Source: an uncultured virus (IMG/VR IMGVR_UViG_3300035498_001541)
Lineage: Duplodnaviria > Heunggongvirae > Uroviricota > Caudoviricetes
Length of the DNA stretch: 64,000 nucleotides
Virus record (IMG/VR): IMGVR_UViG_3300035498_001541
Strand: one strand, 5' to 3'
Positions 38,966-49,227 of this stretch are shown here, piece by piece. Numbering within the stretch: position 1 is the first letter of the stretch; each line of letters starts with the position of its first letter. The notes under the pieces were generated by a model that saw only the letters and a list, made by a program, of their open reading frames with translations, did not search any database and had not been told where the DNA came from. Made by a program: the position numbers and the translations under genes.

Positions 38966-41443
38966 CTACACATGCTCAGCTCTAAACTTCTCAATCTGAG
39001 ACATGGTATCTTTGATAGAATCTCTGTATTTGATAATAGAATTGTTGTTCACGAAGTATGCCTTAATAGCACCGGGTCTACCAGCACTTACTGCATACAA
39101 ATCCTGAATCAATACAGGGAAAACTTTAAGAATGGAGACACTACCATCTCCAACCTGCTCAACAGGCACAGAGTTCAAGTACTCATTATCCACGAAAATA
39201 TACTTCTTAACACTCTTGCCATTCTCTTCACAAATCTCTTTGGTGTACCCACCAATCCTCTCACCAGTGAAGTCTGTAAGCTTTGTGAAAACAGCTCCTG
39301 GCTTAATGCTACGTAACAAAATGCCACCAGCTTCCTGAGTAGGCTGAGCGGGTGTAGCACTTGCTGTCGCAGACTGAACATTCTCAAATGTACTCATATT
39401 TTGTACCTCACTACCTAAACTTTCTTTCTTGACCTCCTGCTCCGGCTCTGGCTGTTTCTCTTCTTCAACACTAGCAGTCCTCCAGAAACTGTTAAGGTCA
39501 ATACCATCTCCTACAACGCTACTCCAAATATCGAACAAGCTCTGCACTGACTTATCACTTTCAACCCACATCTTCTCAGCTTTCAGTAATACCGGCATCA
39601 AAATACTTGCAAGATTTACAATCAAGGCATCGGACACTGAGTTGATACTTCCGTTCAGCATCTTTGCTTTTAAATCCGACATATCAGACAATGCAAAGGT
39701 CGTAAACTCCTGCTGAAGCATCGGGTCACAAATAGCATCATTCATCATTGCAATCAAGTTCTGATTCTGTACATTCTTGCCAGTACCAAACTTGAGACAC
39801 AAATCAACAAGCTCTTTATCCCGATAGAATGGATTCTGCAGAAAACTGTCTGCATCCCCAGAGTAGTCATCAATTAAATCTCTGATAGTCAAGACGTGCT
39901 GAATTTCACAGTTAGCCACAATCTTACCATCGACATAGTCAACGCCAGCAATAGAGAGCTCTCCGTCTTTCACCATTCTGACAGCATCATTAAATGGTAC
40001 GTATTGCGGAATCTTAATGCTCTCCTCACCTTTGGTCATCACTGTATTTACAATCAAACCAACCGGTACAGTAAACTCTTCAATGCCGAAACTCTTGTCA
40101 GCAACCTTACTGCGGAATGTAATTACACCTTTCATATTGTGCTGTTTACCATCTGTCACCTTAACGGTATAATCACTGATATTACCAAGATTTCTCTTGA
40201 TAGTATTGTCGCCAAGGTTAAACATCACATCCAAACCGTCGAACACTAAAGCAGTACACTTACGTGTTCCCCATCTCGCAAGCTTAATTACTGCCTCAAC
40301 ATAAACCTTGTACCCAAGCTTGCTGGACGCATCCTCAAGAAACTGCTCCAATACAAGAAGACCGTTGTTAATCCTAAACTCCTCGCCTTCTTCGTACTGA
40401 TACCCGTACCGAGAAGTAGCACCGCTGTCACTCTCTGAATCAAAGCCATCATCGGAATCACTGTCATCTTCTTCATCCGCAAAGTTCACAGGAATATTCT
40501 TGTTGTGCTGCCAATGCCAAGCATAAAGCCTGTCGGCAAGCTCAGTCAAATACGACCTTGAAAGCTCATCAATCACATTTCCGTCAGCACCCTCACCAAA
40601 GTCTTCCTTAATATTAAACTCAACCCATTTGCACAGAGCATCATAGTATTTCTGCTCATTCTCCTGTATAGCAAGTGTGTTGTTTGCAGAATTTCCTTCA
40701 ATCATAGGTATCAAGTATTTTGCAACTGTATTTGCGTATTTTGGAGAGTACGCATTTACATCCGAGTATGGATTGCAGACACTTGACCGCCCCGGAATAA
40801 TTGTGCTGTACTTAATTGTCTCATCAAGAAGCAGAAGGTTTCTGTCTGGTATCTCAATAAACAGGTCATCTGTGCACTCATTCTGAAACAGTGTTACATT
40901 ATCTTCCGGTTTGATAATAGCTGCTCCTGTAAAAGCCGCATTGTGCTGTTCAATACGGTTATTTGTCATAACAGCTAAATCTTCATAGAGCATAACACCA
41001 ACCTTAATTGGAAATGCAAGAGCATCTTCTGTAAGTCCTTCATATTTCAACTCACGAATACACATTGCAATTCTCTGTGATGCCTCTTCTTTCCCATACC
41101 GCTGAGATACAGCATCCAACATCCTTGACATTATCTCTTTAGGTATCTCGCCATTATTTTGTTCCCAGGCTTTGCTAACTAATCCCCATACATCTGAGAC
41201 ATTAATAACTTTCTCCTGATTCACGCTATCGTAATCACACGTAATCAGTGGGTATTCCCTATCCGGCAGCCATGCAACAGAAATCTCCTCATCTGTCCCC
41301 TTAAAAGTGCCTAAGATTTCCGGACCACGCAGAAGCTCCATTGGTCCTGCATCCAATCCATCGTTAGTTCTTGCATTAAGTATTACCGGTATTGTTTCCT
41401 CAAATCCCGGAATTTCAACATCTAAAGCATAGAAATATAACAC
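38966..41443 (-). CDS. Large acidic hypothetical protein (825 aa)
   Basis: GTG after AGGAGG; no motif recognised. Confidence 0.85.
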   Translation of the reverse strand: MLYFYALDVEIPGFEETIPVILNARTNDGLDAGPMELLRGPEILGTFKGTDEEISVAWLPDREYPLITCDYDSVNQEKVINVSDVWGLVSKAWEQNNGEIPKEIMSRMLDAVSQRYGKEEASQRIAMCIRELKYEGLTEDALAFPIKVGVMLYEDLAVMTNNRIEQHNAAFTGAAIIKPEDNVTLFQNECTDDLFIEIPDRNLLLLDETIKYSTIIPGRSSVCNPYSDVNAYSPKYANTVAKYLIPMIEGNSANNTLAIQENEQKYYDALCKWVEFNIKEDFGEGADGNVIDELSRSYLTELADRLYAWHWQHNKNIPVNFADEEDDSDSDDGFDSESDSGATSRYGYQYEEGEEFRINNGLLVLEQFLEDASSKLGYKVYVEAVIKLARWGTRKCTALVFDGLDVMFNLGDNTIKRNLGNISDYTVKVTDGKQHNMKGVITFRSKVADKSFGIEEFTVPVGLIVNTVMTKGEESIKIPQYVPFNDAVRMVKDGELSIAGVDYVDGKIVANCEIQHVLTIRDLIDDYSGDADSFLQNPFYRDKELVDLCLKFGTGKNVQNQNLIAMMNDAICDPMLQQEFTTFALSDMSDLKAKMLNGSINSVSDALIVNLASILMPVLLKAEKMWVESDKSVQSLFDIWSSVVGDGIDLNSFWRTASVEEEKQPEPEQEVKKESLGSEVQNMSTFENVQSATASATPAQPTQEAGGILLRSIKPGAVFTKLTDFTGERIGGYTKEICEENGKSVKKYIFVDNEYLNSVPVEQVGDGSVSILKVFPVLIQDLYAVSAGRPGAIKAYFVNNNSIIKYRDSIKDTMSQIEKFRAEHV

Positions 41444-41467
41444 AATACTACCTCCTACTTGTTTTAA

Positions 41468-41851
41468 TTATTTTGCGTAATACCCTAGCGGACTAGAGTA
41501 AAATTTCATAACATTACAATCTGTTCTAAAGGGTTTATTGAGAGGCTCAATAACTAGAACATAGCAGTTGTTCTTCTCGAGCACCTCATCGCATACACTC
41601 ATAAAGTCATCTACAGAAATCCCAATGAAGAAATCAATCACAAAGACAGTGTCCTTCATATTCTTCATATAGTGACTCCAGTTTCTTGTATCCAAGCACT
41701 TAATATTTAATTCACACTTAGCCTTCCCCGCTAACAATACCTTAAACAGCATACACCTTCCATAGCTTACAAACCCGCTTATCAGATTAACCCTGCTCTT
41801 TAAGCTACAATCAAAAGTATAAGTGTTAGTCCTAATTAAAATATCCACCAC
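41468..41851 (-). CDS. Degenerate P-loop-like small protein (127 aa)
   Basis: RVNLISGFVSYGRCML occupies a Walker A position without GKT; DTVFVID is Walker-B-like. Confidence 0.55.
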   Translation of the reverse strand: MVDILIRTNTYTFDCSLKSRVNLISGFVSYGRCMLFKVLLAGKAKCELNIKCLDTRNWSHYMKNMKDTVFVIDFFIGISVDDFMSVCDEVLEKNNCYVLVIEPLNKPFRTDCNVMKFYSSPLGYYAK

Positions 41852-41910
41852 TATAGCTCCTACCTCTCTAATTAGTTTTCTAAGTGCTTACATCATACCC
41901 CCATAGAATG

Positions 41911-41943
41911 AAAAGAGGAGGGCCCTTTTAAAGACCCTCCTCT
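41911..41943 (-). terminator. Intrinsic terminator after the WXG100-like pair
   Basis: AGAGGAGGG-TCTTTAAAAGG-GCCCTCCTCT followed by TTT. Confidence 0.75.
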
Positions 41944-41962
41944 AAGAAACCCACACAGAAAA

Positions 41963-42295
41963 TTAAATATTCACTGAACCGGGGTTAAGACCTTTCGTCT
42001 CGAAACCTGCATCTGTGGTAGAAAGTTCACCAACGCTTGCTTTCTCCATATGCTCTGCGTACTCGAAAGACTCATCAAACACTTTAATCAAGCTATCAAT
42101 AGCCGGCTTGAATGTCTGATTGTAAACAGCCTGATACTTCTTACACTGCTCAAGCAATGTGTCTTTCAAAGCATTATCGCCTTCGTTAGCGATAGATGCA
42201 GCGAGTTTATTGATGTCCTCAAGAACATCCTCGTTAGCGGCTTTACGTACAATGCCGATACCATCCTCAAATTCCTGTTTGCTTAAAGAGACCAT
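41963..42295 (-). CDS. WXG100-like helical hairpin protein candidate (110 aa)
   Basis: AAGGAGG SD; two amphipathic helices with central ANEGDNA turn; no literal WxG; EssC-like context. Confidence 0.55.
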   Translation of the reverse strand: MVSLSKQEFEDGIGIVRKAANEDVLEDINKLAASIANEGDNALKDTLLEQCKKYQAVYNQTFKPAIDSLIKVFDESFEYAEHMEKASVGELSTTDAGFETKGLNPGSVNI

Positions 42296-42330
42296 ATCTG
42301 AATCCTCCTTTCTTTAGATTTTATTTTTCA

Positions 42331-42606
42331 CTAGTACTCGATACTAAACGTATCGAAGAATGCCTTAGCCTGTGAGCAGTAATCCTCAAAAAGCTCAAGC
42401 AACTCTTCTGTAGCCTTTGTGAAAGCCGGAACACCTACTTCGGCGCAGTTATTACAGTTCTGAATAATAACAGGTAAACCTGCTTTTTCTGCCTGCTCTT
42501 TAACTGTATCGATAGCTCCGGGAAGCTTAGCAATAGCTCCGCCACGCACTTCTTCGATCATTGACTTTACCTGACGGTAAACATCCGGTTCAAAATTCTG
42601 TGCCAT
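42331..42606 (-). CDS. WXG100-like helical hairpin protein candidate (91 aa)
   Basis: AAAGGGGG SD; helical with central KAG turn; tandem with the 110-aa protein. Confidence 0.55.
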   Translation of the reverse strand: MAQNFEPDVYRQVKSMIEEVRGGAIAKLPGAIDTVKEQAEKAGLPVIIQNCNNCAEVGVPAFTKATEELLELFEDYCSQAKAFFDTFSIEY

Positions 42607-42687
42607 ACAGCATACCCCCTTTCATCATTATTACTTTTTTATAGAAAGTAGGGTCTTGCCCCATAGGTCGTATCTTCTAAAGGAAAA

Positions 42688-44502
42688 CTATGCTTTTTCC
42701 TCCTCCAGACGTTCAAGTATCCAGTCTTTTGCTCTGGACTGAATACCACTCTCAGTAAGTAGGTAAATTCTGCCTACATTGTCCAACAATGAATGTGCGT
42801 TAGTACCTAAAGAATAGAAGTCTCCTTCCCTCATAAACAGATGGTAATACATTCCGACACTTGCACCATTCCTCAACTGCTGAACTAATGCCTTGTTAGC
42901 TAACACTCTATCACTAGGGTCTATGATAAAGATAAAGTGATAACTCTCTGTCAGAGACTGTATACTCAGCATAAACTTGTTATACTCATCAATGTTTTCG
43001 TATCCTGTAATAATTGTGTTAATCTTTCGACCAAGCTCCTCACTATACTCCTTTACGCTCTGAGAAAAGTCACTCTCATCAGTGAAAATCCTAAACAGAT
43101 TTCCAAGCATAGCGGCCTCTTTATCATTCTTAGGAACTGGCTTAAAAGCCAAATAGCTACTTCCAAGATTCGTTGGGTCGAACACATCAACACTGAACAT
43201 ATTCGGTTTAAGTTTCACACGCAACTGCAGATTAATCAGTCTAACAAAGTCTGACACAATCTTTTCATCTGTGTACAGACACAGGAATGATGTAAGTGGA
43301 TGCTGAAAGAAAACAGGCTTACTGTTCTCAACATCAATAATAAAGTTCTTGTCCAAAGTCATAGAAGACCCAATAGCTTCATAATTCAGATAGCTGTACT
43401 GAATATTACCAACCATCTTATCAAGCTCTTTTTGCAGCTCTTCCAACTTCTCATACAATCCCTTAATCTTCTTATCATCCTGCTGTATTGCATCATTTAT
43501 TTCATCTTCACGATGCTCTTTCTGTCTTACGGTAGCTTCGTAAATCTCTCGAATCTGATTATCATCAAAAACAAAAGAGCTTTCAGAATTCTGAGCCAAT
43601 TGCTCTATCTTAGAATTTAAACCACCAATCTCAGACTCAAGAGCAGCACGCTCTCCCTCAAACTTCTTATTCTCTTCTGTAGTCCGCCTATCTAGCTCCT
43701 CTAGTACTTGCTGCCGAAACATTTCCTCGATGCTGTCAACATTGTCTCTGATAGTCTTTTGAACCAGAATTATTTTCAGCACCTTATAGTTCCGGTAAAT
43801 ATTAAAACCAGCAATCACCAAAAGAAAAGTCAGATAGAATGGAAACACATACTTGTAGCACAGTATGGTTATCACTAAAAGAGCTACGGAAATACCGATA
43901 GTTCCTCCTGTGCTAATCTGAATACCAGAGCTATCTATCCCAACTAGCACTTGTTGTACAGTGTCAATCACACCAACCATTTTACCACTTCCAGATGAAA
44001 TCTTAGATATCTCGTCACTGCAAGCATTAAAGTAGGAAACCATCTCATCGAGGTTCTCTTCCTCAATCTTTATCTCTTGAGTCTCAAGCTGGCTCTCTAG
44101 TTCATTGCAAAACCTCTTACCAACAACATCAATAATTACCTCATGAAGTCTGTCAGCCGACTCTTTTACTTCATTCAGAATATCCTGCCTGCTTGAACAC
44201 TGTTGCATCAAATTATCCTCAGTCAAACTATTCAGTTCGTCCTCGTGATTCTTCTTTAGCTCCTCAAGCTTCTTTTGTGCATCAGCTCTTTTCTGCTCAT
44301 AAGGCTTCAACAACTCCTGCTTATGTCTTTCTTTTGCAGTCTGTTGCTCCTTGGTGTAATTCTGTTGGTAATTCTGTCTTGCACTATCTTTCTCACCAGA
44401 AATATCAGTCAGCTCTTTCTCAAGGGAAAGCTTGTGACTCCTTAGCTTGCTTACCGCTCGCTTGGTCTTGTTAATCTCATCTTTCAGTGTAGCATATTCC
44501 AT
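42688..44502 (-). CDS. Coiled-coil, two-TM protein with a C-terminal degenerate FtsK-like domain (EssC N-half-like)
   Basis: Long heptads flanking two TMs; C-terminal VDVFDP...NIDEYNK...YHFIFIIDP...LRNGASVGMYYHL parallels FtsK motifs but has no Walker A. Confidence 0.65.
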   Translation of the reverse strand: MEYATLKDEINKTKRAVSKLRSHKLSLEKELTDISGEKDSARQNYQQNYTKEQQTAKERHKQELLKPYEQKRADAQKKLEELKKNHEDELNSLTEDNLMQQCSSRQDILNEVKESADRLHEVIIDVVGKRFCNELESQLETQEIKIEEENLDEMVSYFNACSDEISKISSGSGKMVGVIDTVQQVLVGIDSSGIQISTGGTIGISVALLVITILCYKYVFPFYLTFLLVIAGFNIYRNYKVLKIILVQKTIRDNVDSIEEMFRQQVLEELDRRTTEENKKFEGERAALESEIGGLNSKIEQLAQNSESSFVFDDNQIREIYEATVRQKEHREDEINDAIQQDDKKIKGLYEKLEELQKELDKMVGNIQYSYLNYEAIGSSMTLDKNFIIDVENSKPVFFQHPLTSFLCLYTDEKIVSDFVRLINLQLRVKLKPNMFSVDVFDPTNLGSSYLAFKPVPKNDKEAAMLGNLFRIFTDESDFSQSVKEYSEELGRKINTIITGYENIDEYNKFMLSIQSLTESYHFIFIIDPSDRVLANKALVQQLRNGASVGMYYHLFMREGDFYSLGTNAHSLLDNVGRIYLLTESGIQSRAKDWILERLEEEKA

Positions 44503-45114
44503 TTAGTAACACCGCTTTCTGTTTGCTGCTAAATACAACCATGTTATCATTGAATCGTATAGTGCATTGTGAAACTTAATACTACTATCCATACCGGAAA
44601 TTCTCAGCAGCTTCTGATACATAGAGTCAAGCTTCCCCTGCGAGTATTTCATCTTACGAACACAAGCGGAAAGTTTCTCGTAGTAGTCAATACCATTCAA
44701 AGAAGAATACAGCTTCATCACATCAAAGTAATAGACGCCAGAAGTCTTCCCTAAACGCCGTATCTCTTGCCCGAAATCGTGAGCATCCAGACCATTGTGC
44801 GTAAGAGTGTTATTAATGGCATTTTTATCGAAAACACCATTCCATCCGCACCAAACTAAATCTGGAATCTGAAACAAATCACTTGCACAATAAAAATCCT
44901 CGAAAAACTTTCCGCCACTCAGCTCATGCACTTTTTCAGCAGTCAAACCTGTAATTGTAGATGCCTCATGATTAAAGGGCACCTGTGTATAGCAGAAGCA
45001 GTTATACACTTTCTGCAGTTTCATTTCATCATCAAGGAGCAATGCACTAAATTGTACTACCTCATCTTTCTGTGTGACGCCAGTGGTCTCACAATCAAAA
45101 ACAGCGTAATTCAT
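44503..45114 (-). CDS. DEDDh 3'-5' exonuclease (Pol III epsilon-like)
   Basis: FDCETTG, WNGVFD, HNALYD. Confidence 0.92.
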   Translation of the reverse strand: MNYAVFDCETTGVTQKDEVVQFSALLLDDEMKLQKVYNCFCYTQVPFNHEASTITGLTAEKVHELSGGKFFEDFYCASDLFQIPDLVWCGWNGVFDKNAINNTLTHNGLDAHDFGQEIRRLGKTSGVYYFDVMKLYSSLNGIDYYEKLSACVRKMKYSQGKLDSMYQKLLRISGMDSSIKFHNALYDSMITWLYLAANRKRCY

Positions 45115-46093
45115 CAGTACCTCCACTCACCGTCTTTACAAACTTTAGCTTAGCTTCCTCCGGCTTTGGCACACAATCAAGCTTCTGTTGAGCACCTAGG
45201 TTACTCTCAATCATCTGCACAAACAAATGCTCTGGTTCAATACGCCAGCAATTTGACTTTGTCTTGTAATACATCACCTGAGCACCATCAATCTCCTCTA
45301 AATAGTAGAAGGCATACCCAGTCAGTTCATAAGCCTTAATCAAATCCGGTATCTGAACGCCGAACTGTGCCATTATCTCTGCATAGCTAACACCCTTTAT
45401 CATTGCGTAATCAAGTACCTTCAGATACAATGCTTTGTTGGCATCGAATAGCACAGCCTTATCTGCAAAGGACAATCTCGAAACCTGTCGCATTACAGAA
45501 CCAGAATTAGTAGCCAACTGAATAGCCAATTCCTGCACAGACCTCTGTTCCTCCGCACTAAGCTCTTCCCTAGTGTATAGCACACCGTTATACACCATAG
45601 GCTCTACATCCTTCACACCAAACTTCACAAGGCAATGCTTGGCACAAGGAGAGTTCATTATCTTAGCCGGAGACAACCTTGAATTCTGCTCTAACCATGC
45701 ACCAAAAGGTAGTCGTCGATTCTCTTCTTCAACAAGATTACTTGGGTCTTCTCTGTAATAAGCAGCAACTAAATCTCCCATCTCACTGAATTTCTTCTTG
45801 TGCTTGCCCATTGGTACACGAGCAACCTTCAATCTCTTACCTGCTTCTTTTGCTTCAATACTGTCAAGGTATTCGCTGGCATCTCTACCAGTAGACAACA
45901 ATCGTCGCAACTCCACGAGAGAAACAGAACTCTCGGCATCATCATACCCTAACAACCTAAACAACAGCTCCTCTTTACTCTCACCTGTAAGCTTACAGTT
46001 CTCCGAAATTTTCTCACCGAGAGTAGTTTCCTCAATCCCGTCGAAAGAACCATTACGCTCAAAGTAATTACGAACTAAAACATTGAAAAGCAT
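45095..46093 (-). CDS. Hypothetical protein (~332 aa)
   Basis: ATG 46093 after AGGAGG. Confidence 0.8.
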   Translation of the reverse strand: MLFNVLVRNYFERNGSFDGIEETTLGEKISENCKLTGESKEELLFRLLGYDDAESSVSLVELRRLLSTGRDASEYLDSIEAKEAGKRLKVARVPMGKHKKKFSEMGDLVAAYYREDPSNLVEEENRRLPFGAWLEQNSRLSPAKIMNSPCAKHCLVKFGVKDVEPMVYNGVLYTREELSAEEQRSVQELAIQLATNSGSVMRQVSRLSFADKAVLFDANKALYLKVLDYAMIKGVSYAEIMAQFGVQIPDLIKAYELTGYAFYYLEEIDGAQVMYYKTKSNCWRIEPEHLFVQMIESNLGAQQKLDCVPKPEEAKLKFVKTVSGGTDELRCF

Positions 46094-46104
46094 TGTTAAT
46101 CCTC

Positions 46105-46851
46105 CTATAATACACACTTGAACAAAGCATCCACTACTGTCTCAAACTCGCAATCCAGGTCAAAACCACGCTTCTTCAACTCCAAAACTTTATCTGCTAA
46201 CAGACACTGCACCATTGTACACAGCAATCCTGGTGCCACGCTGTATTTCGTAGCCAGAATACTTACAATACTGTTCAGCCTATTATCAGTGTAGTAGACA
46301 CCTTTGGACAAAATCTTCATAATATCGTACACATCTTCATCACTCGGCCAAATCTTTAGATTATTTTCTGCATCCCGATTTGACCTAATCAAATAAGCAG
46401 CTGGTATAGCAATATTACATACGCTTTCCTTCGGAATTGCTCCTTCTTTTTCACTGAAAATCACACGCTTAACAGCAAAGATTTCTTCATCAGAGTCATA
46501 CACAGCGTTAAAGACTTTCTGCGTCATTTCCTCATCCTTTGCACCAACATAATTACCACACAATCCGGCAATCTCTTCGTACAAACTATTAGGAGCTTCT
46601 CGAACAAAATACAGTACCAAACCAAGAATACCTTTGCACTCCATGCTACTGATAAATCTTTGCATAATACGCTTCACAGTGTGCTTACCAGACTCTGACA
46701 GCCTATTAACCAAATCATTCTCCCCACGCTGCATATAATCCAAAAAATTCATCAGTGCTAATTCTTCCACAGACGCATAGTGTTTTACAGTAATAGGAAG
46801 ATCGTTTGGATCATACTCAACGTAACTTTTTGTATAGACACCTAAAAGCAT
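46105..46851 (-). CDS. Hypothetical protein (~248 aa)
   Basis: ATG 46851 after AGGAGGTG. Confidence 0.8.
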   Translation of the reverse strand: MLLGVYTKSYVEYDPNDLPITVKHYASVEELALMNFLDYMQRGENDLVNRLSESGKHTVKRIMQRFISSMECKGILGLVLYFVREAPNSLYEEIAGLCGNYVGAKDEEMTQKVFNAVYDSDEEIFAVKRVIFSEKEGAIPKESVCNIAIPAAYLIRSNRDAENNLKIWPSDEDVYDIMKILSKGVYYTDNRLNSIVSILATKYSVAPGLLCTMVQCLLADKVLELKKRGFDLDCEFETVVDALFKCVL

Positions 46852-46863
46852 AGCCCTCACCTC

Positions 46864-48033
46864 CTACTGAATCACTAATTTAGCCTCACTCACGTATGTC
46901 CATAATTTTGCAACTGTAGTATCGTTCTTGTTATCAAGAATTGATGCACCAATATGTGTCAGCCTAGAATGATTATCCATGCACAGCACATACAAGCTAT
47001 CAACCTCTTGAAAATCCATCAACTCTTTAATTGTCCCTTCAAGAACCTCTCTCTTATCCGGGTCTGTTGTACTGTCAAGCTTCTCCTTATAGAAACTTAC
47101 TATTTCCTGGAAATTCTTTTTTGTGTACCTATTTTTCATCTTCGTCTCGCCAATAGGTTCCTCCATCCTAACCATAAACTTTGTGTTCTTGTTAGGAAAT
47201 TCTGAGTACATCGGGTACAACAACCCTAAAAATACCTGATACAGCACTGCAGGAGTAAACCGCATAAAATTGCTCATACCTAAAGCCTTGCAAATCTCCA
47301 GATGTGTAAGGAAATAGCAGGAGATATTATCAACTTTCACAAACCGGTTTTTCTCCACAGCGGTCTTGTATAACTTTGACATAGTAACGTCTTTGTTATT
47401 CTCGCCTATTGGATTGTAAACTTTATCATAGTTAATAAACACCGGAATAAAAGACCGCTGAATATTGTAGAATCTATTATTCTTCTGTAGCTTGTTTACA
47501 AACCTAGAGGAATTATTAGAATACACTAAATCTCCGTAGGTCTTAAAACTTTCACGCTCAAAGGCTTTGCACAGCTCGCTGAGAATCTCTCCGCTAACCA
47601 GAACATCACCAAACTTGAAAGACACAACCTTACTCTTTCCAAGGTTCACAACTTCCTTAACATTTCGGTATAGCCTTGATTCAAAAATCATTACTCTGGC
47701 ATTATCACAAACGTCAATATGACACATAGAAGCAAAGTTCACGTTATCTGCATTCGTTGCAGCTACACCATCAATCTCTGTCCTGTTCAACCGTTTGTGA
47801 ATAGTATCGAGAGCATTGTATACTTCTTCCTCTCCGGCATCCTTTGCAGACTTATTATTCTTCGTGTAAAAAATCAATGCCGGAACATCACTGTCTTTGC
47901 TAAACCTCAGCTTTACATACACCATCTTTGATGCATAGGTATAATACGCACCATCAATTATAATTGCACAATCACGAATAGTGTGAGTCTTTAACAAATC
48001 AACAATTCTTGACCTAACCGTTTTATCACTCAT
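46864..48033 (-). CDS. Hypothetical protein (389 aa)
   Basis: Long coupled ORF; no motif recognised. Confidence 0.8.
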   Translation of the reverse strand: MSDKTVRSRIVDLLKTHTIRDCAIIIDGAYYTYASKMVYVKLRFSKDSDVPALIFYTKNNKSAKDAGEEEVYNALDTIHKRLNRTEIDGVAATNADNVNFASMCHIDVCDNARVMIFESRLYRNVKEVVNLGKSKVVSFKFGDVLVSGEILSELCKAFERESFKTYGDLVYSNNSSRFVNKLQKNNRFYNIQRSFIPVFINYDKVYNPIGENNKDVTMSKLYKTAVEKNRFVKVDNISCYFLTHLEICKALGMSNFMRFTPAVLYQVFLGLLYPMYSEFPNKNTKFMVRMEEPIGETKMKNRYTKKNFQEIVSFYKEKLDSTTDPDKREVLEGTIKELMDFQEVDSLYVLCMDNHSRLTHIGASILDNKNDTTVAKLWTYVSEAKLVIQ

Positions 48034-49216
48034 AGCTGCTTATTCCTTTCATAACTTGTGTGTAACCACCAACCTCTGAGCCAAAGAAAAAAGGCTTAAT
48101 TGCAGAAGTTAGTGGTCTCCTCGAAATTAGAGAAAACATCCTAATTTTGTAAGTAAAAATATCTGCGTAAAACCTCTCTGTCTCAAGTCTCTTAAGCACC
48201 TCATTCAGATTCTCCATCATTTCCGCACTGGATTCTGATACTTTAGCCACTAATGCAACATTCAATGCTGTATACATATACTCTGGTGAACCACCACTAG
48301 CTAAAATCTCTTTCCTTACATCATCAAAGCTATCAGACTTAGCACACATACCTAAAATCTGAGCCGCAAGCTCTGTTGGCTGACTAAGAACTTTAGCAGA
48401 TGGCTTAAAGTTGATAGTATCTGTAACCTCGCGAGGCTTATCTCCACCTGCCCATTCTGGTTTCTCAATCTTAATACCAAGTTGCTCACAGAAAATCCCT
48501 TTGTAAGCTTTCAGTACCTTAATTGCTGACTTGCTCCTTACAGACACCGTACACGCCTTGTTAATCAACGGCGGTACAATCTTATTCAGAGATTCAAACA
48601 CCTCTGTTACATCTGACCTGTATACACTGTATTGCACATTATTCACTACAATCCGCTTCACAAAAGTACAGTCAGGTATCACCTCTTTGTAATCATCCGG
48701 AACCAAGAAGTGAAATGGAACTATCTTAATCAGCCCATCTTTCACCTTTACTAAAGGTTTGTGATACAGTCTGTTATCTATCATCATTTTTACATAGATT
48801 GACATAGAAGACTGGCTAAACAACACATTCCGGAAAGAAACTATTCCATTTCCTTTCCATGAATCATGCTCAAGCACCTCTTCGTCAACTACATAAAACC
48901 TATTTTTCACGCCTAATTCTAAGAGAGAATAGAGGGAGAAGCTTTTCTTGTCAAAGCAGTTAATCTCTTCATCTACTTTAACTATGTCGTGATATTCCAC
49001 ACGATTCACCTCATTACAACATTTAAGGAACCCATCCTCAATCTTGAAATCGGTGAGGTATTCTTCATCATTGCTGTAAGCAACCAATTCATCAAAGCCG
49101 ACAATCTTCAATCTGACATTGATGAAATTTGCGTCGCTAAATACCAGCTCATAATACAGAGTCTCATCGTTAAAATCTGTATAAATACCATTAAGGTAAC
49201 AAAGCTTATCCCTCAT
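48026..49216 (-). CDS. Hypothetical protein (396 aa)
   Basis: AGGAGG SD; no motif recognised. Confidence 0.8.
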   Translation of the reverse strand: MRDKLCYLNGIYTDFNDETLYYELVFSDANFINVRLKIVGFDELVAYSNDEEYLTDFKIEDGFLKCCNEVNRVEYHDIVKVDEEINCFDKKSFSLYSLLELGVKNRFYVVDEEVLEHDSWKGNGIVSFRNVLFSQSSMSIYVKMMIDNRLYHKPLVKVKDGLIKIVPFHFLVPDDYKEVIPDCTFVKRIVVNNVQYSVYRSDVTEVFESLNKIVPPLINKACTVSVRSKSAIKVLKAYKGIFCEQLGIKIEKPEWAGGDKPREVTDTINFKPSAKVLSQPTELAAQILGMCAKSDSFDDVRKEILASGGSPEYMYTALNVALVAKVSESSAEMMENLNEVLKRLETERFYADIFTYKIRMFSLISRRPLTSAIKPFFFGSEVGGYTQVMKGISSYE

Positions 49217-49227
49217 ATCAAATCCTC

